A DNA stretch of 64,000 nucleotides from Thainema sp. (GTDB taxonomy: Bacteria; Cyanobacteriota; Cyanobacteriia; Phormidesmidales; Phormidesmidaceae). Under the pieces are notes generated by a model. The model was given only the letters and a program-made list of their open reading frames with translations. It was not told where the DNA came from and ran no database searches. Made by a program: the position numbers and the translations under genes. The stretch's first letter is position 1, and every line of letters begins with the position of its first letter. The stretch lies in the NCBI GenBank assembly GCA_052168235.1, contig JBQLZK010000026.1, positions 20,370-84,369 on the forward strand, in the 5' to 3' direction. Positions 60,551-64,000 of the stretch are shown piece after piece.

Positions 60551-62175
60551 AGCTTCTTCGAGTACGAATTATTTCTGCTAAAACCTGTGGTGGGCTTCTC
60601 GACGAAGTAGAACGTTCTTTACGGAGTCCATTCAATGACTACCTCACATTTGATCCACTATGTCTAATTGGGCCAAATGGTGCCGGGAAGTCGCAATTTT
60701 TACAAATGATAGCCGAAATATTTCAATCGGTATTTCATGCATGTGTTCCAGATGAGGAACGTATTGAAGGGAATCCAGATCTTCAGTTTGAAATTGAATA
60801 TCTTGTCCATCAGGAAAACAGTCTACTGCCTGTCCGCGTTCGCATTTTGCGAGAAGCTGTTGATCGAAAACGTCCCAGCCTCATAATTCAAAAAAAAGAA
60901 GATTATGAATGGATAGACTGTGATTTGCATGCCTCTGAGACACATGCGCTATTACCTCAGAAGATTGTTGGCTATACGTCAGGTGATAACGAAACACTTA
61001 GTCTGCCTTTTCTTGTGAGCCGTAGTGGATACGCAGATGAAGTGGGTCGTAGAGCATTGAAATCAACAACTCGCGGTCACTCGGTTCCTGATACTCGCTT
61101 AATGCTGATTGATTATGAAACCCATTTAGAAGTTCTTGTCGCCAATCTTCTTCTCGGTGAGACATTCCACAGAGAAGCGCTTCTAAGGGAAGCTGACTTA
61201 CAAGATTTACACTCATTTCGTTGCATTATTCAACTAGCTCATCAGAAAAAAAGCAAGAGAAGAAGCGGGAGGAAGGGAATTCAGCTTACTGATGAGTTAG
61301 AGACATATATCGACCAGTTACAACGATGTGCTACCTGCTATACCTATGATGAGAATTCAGAAATATATACATTTGACTATTTAATTAATGAGCAGACAAG
61401 AAATGCATTCCAGTATTTCTGGAGTGATGCATTGGCGCTTTATTCATCATTTCACAAACTCGCAATGTTAAATGATTTAGTTTTATCCAAAAAGACGCGA
61501 GATCGATTTCGTCGCGATACTAGAACCAGGAGATTTGCATCACGTCTCCCCGAACCTCAAAATGAAGATAAAGTTTTTCGGTTTGAGCGCGTTAGATTCC
61601 GCAAGCGGGAAACTGATAACGAATCTGGTGAACAGGAAGTTGATTATGTTTCTTTATCTGACGGAGAACATCAACTCGCTCAACTGCTTGGTATATTCTG
61701 TATGTTGTCGTCTCCAAACATCCTGTTTTTATTAGATGAGCCCGAGTCTCACTTTAATCCTCAATGGCGAGTTAAGTTTATTTCGCGAATTCTTGATTTC
61801 CCAACAAAAGAGGGTAATCGTAGAGAAGATTCTGGAGCAACCAGGCAAGACTGTCTATTGACAACGCATGCTCCATTCATTCCATCAGATATGCACAGAG
61901 AAAAAGTGTTTATCTTTAGTAAAGATGAGGACGAAAGAATCCAAATTAGGAATCCTAATATTGAAACATTTGGTTCTACGTTTGACACTATTATCGAAGA
62001 GTGTTTTGGAGTACGTCCACCTATCTCTCAGCGCTCTCGTGACAAAATTGAAGAACTGATGAAGAGCGAAAATCCTGAAGAGATCAGAGCGGGAATTCAG
62101 GATTTAGGAAATTCTGTAGAGAAGACGTTTCTCGCTGATCATCTCCGGCAAGTAATAAGTAAAAACGAGGGTTGA
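60547..62175 (+). CDS. ABC/SMC-type ATPase (PtuA-like, restriction-system-associated)
   Basis: Walker A GPNGAGKS, signature LSDGEHQ, Walker B/D-loop LLDEPESHFNP, H-loop TTHAP; ATGA overlap with hsdS. Confidence 0.88.
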   Translation: MKLLRVRIISAKTCGGLLDEVERSLRSPFNDYLTFDPLCLIGPNGAGKSQFLQMIAEIFQSVFHACVPDEERIEGNPDLQFEIEYLVHQENSLLPVRVRILREAVDRKRPSLIIQKKEDYEWIDCDLHASETHALLPQKIVGYTSGDNETLSLPFLVSRSGYADEVGRRALKSTTRGHSVPDTRLMLIDYETHLEVLVANLLLGETFHREALLREADLQDLHSFRCIIQLAHQKKSKRRSGRKGIQLTDELETYIDQLQRCATCYTYDENSEIYTFDYLINEQTRNAFQYFWSDALALYSSFHKLAMLNDLVLSKKTRDRFRRDTRTRRFASRLPEPQNEDKVFRFERVRFRKRETDNESGEQEVDYVSLSDGEHQLAQLLGIFCMLSSPNILFLLDEPESHFNPQWRVKFISRILDFPTKEGNRREDSGATRQDCLLTTHAPFIPSDMHREKVFIFSKDEDERIQIRNPNIETFGSTFDTIIEECFGVRPPISQRSRDKIEELMKSENPEEIRAGIQDLGNSVEKTFLADHLRQVISKNEG

Positions 62176-63276
62176 ATGCTGTTCGGCTATCCTATTAAGG
62201 CGGCAGAAGATAATTGGCTACATGATTGTTTAAGTCAAATAATCCATATAATTCACAGCAATGTAGCAAGCGGAAATACATCGACCGATTGGATCTCGGT
62301 AATTTCAGAGCCATACAAAACTAGGCTTAGCAGAATCTTGGCAGTATCAAGAAATTCTAACACCAAGAGATCAAGCTTGGGAGACAAGCTAAAGAACTAT
62401 CAATTGTCTTTGACAAATCTTCCTGAGTTTGAACAAAATAGGATTTTGCAAGTATTCAATGATCAAAATAACATTGAACAGCTTTTATGCTGTGACTGTG
62501 ACTGTGACGCCATTACGGATTTGCCAGAAAGTATTCGTGAACCAGTAAAATCCTTGTTTGAGTCCGCTTTTCGGCTATTGACAAGGTTGGAAATTCGAGA
62601 TAAACAGTACCAATTAATTTATGACTCTTGTGCTTATCATGTATGTCCATTTTGTGGATGTGAATACTTTGATGCGCCCGGTGCTCCTCGTGAGGCTTTA
62701 GACCACTATATTCCAGAGCACAAGTATCCTTTTGCTGCTGCAAATCTGCGTAACCTCGTTCCTATGGGAACTAAATGTAACTCGCGTCATAAACATGATG
62801 AAGATATTCTCAGAAGAGAAGATGGTTCTCGTCGTAAGTCATTCGATCCCTATAATCATGAAACGGTTTCAGTCTCACTAGAAAAAAGTCAACCTTTTGA
62901 GGGCATAGAGGGAAAACTTGGGGAACCTTTACCCAAATGGGTAGTTGAATTTGATTCAACAGTAGAGGAAGTCGATACTTGGGATGAGGTCTTTCATATT
63001 CGAGAAAGATATGAAAGAGACGTTCTAAACGAAGGATTTAACTCTTATCTAAGAGAGTTCGGAAATTACTGTAAGTCTTGGAAATATAAACCAAACTCTA
63101 CAGAAGCTCTAATTGAAGTCATCGACAAGTATATTTCTTTTCAAGATGATAATGGATTTAGAGATAAAGCCTTTATGAAGGTTGCTGTGTTCAGAATGCT
63201 ACGTTCGCACTGTCAAAATGATGATCAACGCTTGATCGAATTTATTTTAGACAATGTTAACGAAGTTTGTGTATAG
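62176..63276 (+). CDS. HNH endonuclease-like protein (PtuB-like)
   Basis: CPFCG...LDHYIP..KYP....NLRNLVPM..KCNS; starts immediately after the ATPase stop. Confidence 0.8.
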   Translation: MLFGYPIKAAEDNWLHDCLSQIIHIIHSNVASGNTSTDWISVISEPYKTRLSRILAVSRNSNTKRSSLGDKLKNYQLSLTNLPEFEQNRILQVFNDQNNIEQLLCCDCDCDAITDLPESIREPVKSLFESAFRLLTRLEIRDKQYQLIYDSCAYHVCPFCGCEYFDAPGAPREALDHYIPEHKYPFAAANLRNLVPMGTKCNSRHKHDEDILRREDGSRRKSFDPYNHETVSVSLEKSQPFEGIEGKLGEPLPKWVVEFDSTVEEVDTWDEVFHIRERYERDVLNEGFNSYLREFGNYCKSWKYKPNSTEALIEVIDKYISFQDDNGFRDKAFMKVAVFRMLRSHCQNDDQRLIEFILDNVNEVCV

Positions 63277-63477
63277 GTTGCATTTACACTCTGATCCGCT
63301 CGCTGCTTTGGATTGCAATCATAATAAGGCACAATTTACACCCATTGGCAATGTTTCAGCTTTTATGTAACCCTTGCGATAGTAACCTTTGGCTTTCTCA
63401 AAGGCCAAATTTTTAGGGGCTAAACTGAAAGCACAGTGCTAAAAGTATCTGCATACGTGGGTCTGGAAATAACAGTC

Positions 63478-63946
63478 ATGGCGACCACCTTACGCATCCA
63501 AACAGAAACAACTCCTCTAACGGTTTCCCTCCCGTCCATTGCGCCAATGACACAGGCTGAATTCTATACGTTTTGCCAAGCCAATCCAGCCCTGCGAATT
63601 GAACGCACGGCCACCGGAGAAGTTGTGATTATGCCACCCGCTTTTTCAGATACCGGGAATCGTAACTTTAACCTGGCTGTGCAGCTTGGCATTTGGTCAG
63701 AACAAGATGGCACTGGCTTTGGTTTTGACTCTAGCTCAGGATTTACACTACCCAACGGAGCCACCCGTTCACCCGATGCAGCTTGGATTAAAGCATAACG
63801 TTGGAACGCATTGACAGCAGAGGAAAAAGCATCCTTCGCTCCCCTCTGTCCAGACTTTGTCATTGAGCTACGGTCTGCCAGCGATACATTGGCAGAGCTA
63901 CAGGCCAAAATGCAAGAATATATCGACAACGGCACCTCGTTAGGAT
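63478..63946 (+). pseudogene. Uma2 (DUF820) endonuclease gene with a nonsense codon and 3' truncation
   Basis: RIERTATGE, DSSSGFTLPNGATRSPDAAW; TAA at 63796-63798; frame continues CPDFVIELRS...KMQEYIDNG..LG and then diverges before the expected WLID. Confidence 0.8.
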
Positions 63947-64000
63947 CTAATCCTGTAGGGGTTTGGAAACGGCTGCAGCGCCCTGTTTAACAAAGAAGAA

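Noticed and set aside
60547..63276. Retron-associated PtuAB or PrrC
   Set aside because: No reverse transcriptase is present in the window. The ATPase lacks a recognisable fused HEPN nuclease; the nuclease is a separate HNH gene.
44617..63798. TAA recoding or readthrough suggested by three in-frame TAA codons
   Set aside because: TAA ends many intact core genes here (pilB, pilT, pilC, argZ, rnz), and two of the three affected genes carry other lesions. Pseudogenisation is the simpler explanation.
962..63935. Numerous 60-156 aa ORFs overlapping confident genes in other frames or on the opposite strand
   Set aside because: Shadow ORFs with no recognisable motifs.

Overview
Chromosomal window from a cyanobacterium, probably filamentous. 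Evidence: abundant HIP1 octamers GCGATCGC, the divergent grpE-dnaK-dnaJ / pilB-pilT-pilC arrangement, hemH with a C-terminal CAB domain, and argZ. Most of 1-56 kb is core or housekeeping sequence: chaperones, type IV pilus motors, a CHASE2 adenylate cyclase, GST, a site-2 protease, fni, hemH, rnz, an LCP protein, manC, priA, hpt, argZ and an S9 peptidase. Accessory material: (i) a HIP1-poor defence island at about 56.8-63.3 kb, with EcoKI-like hsdM, an embedded antitoxin/VapC pair, hsdS carrying an extra C-terminal domain, an ABC-type ATPase and an HNH nuclease (PtuAB/Septu-like), but no hsdR; (ii) a promoter-driven, multi-stem RNA leader at 28.5-28.75 kb with mutually exclusive terminator/antiterminator pairings, resembling phage C4/CI antisense systems, ahead of a small unknown ORF; (iii) a TerB-DUF726 hydrolase fusion; (iv) a radical SAM gene and its partner, each broken by an in-frame TAA; (v) many small palindromic or MITE-like elements, including one nested in another and a 75-bp tandem array translated inside PriA. 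No rRNA, tRNA or CRISPR array was recognised. All family assignments are from motif recognition by eye, not database searches.
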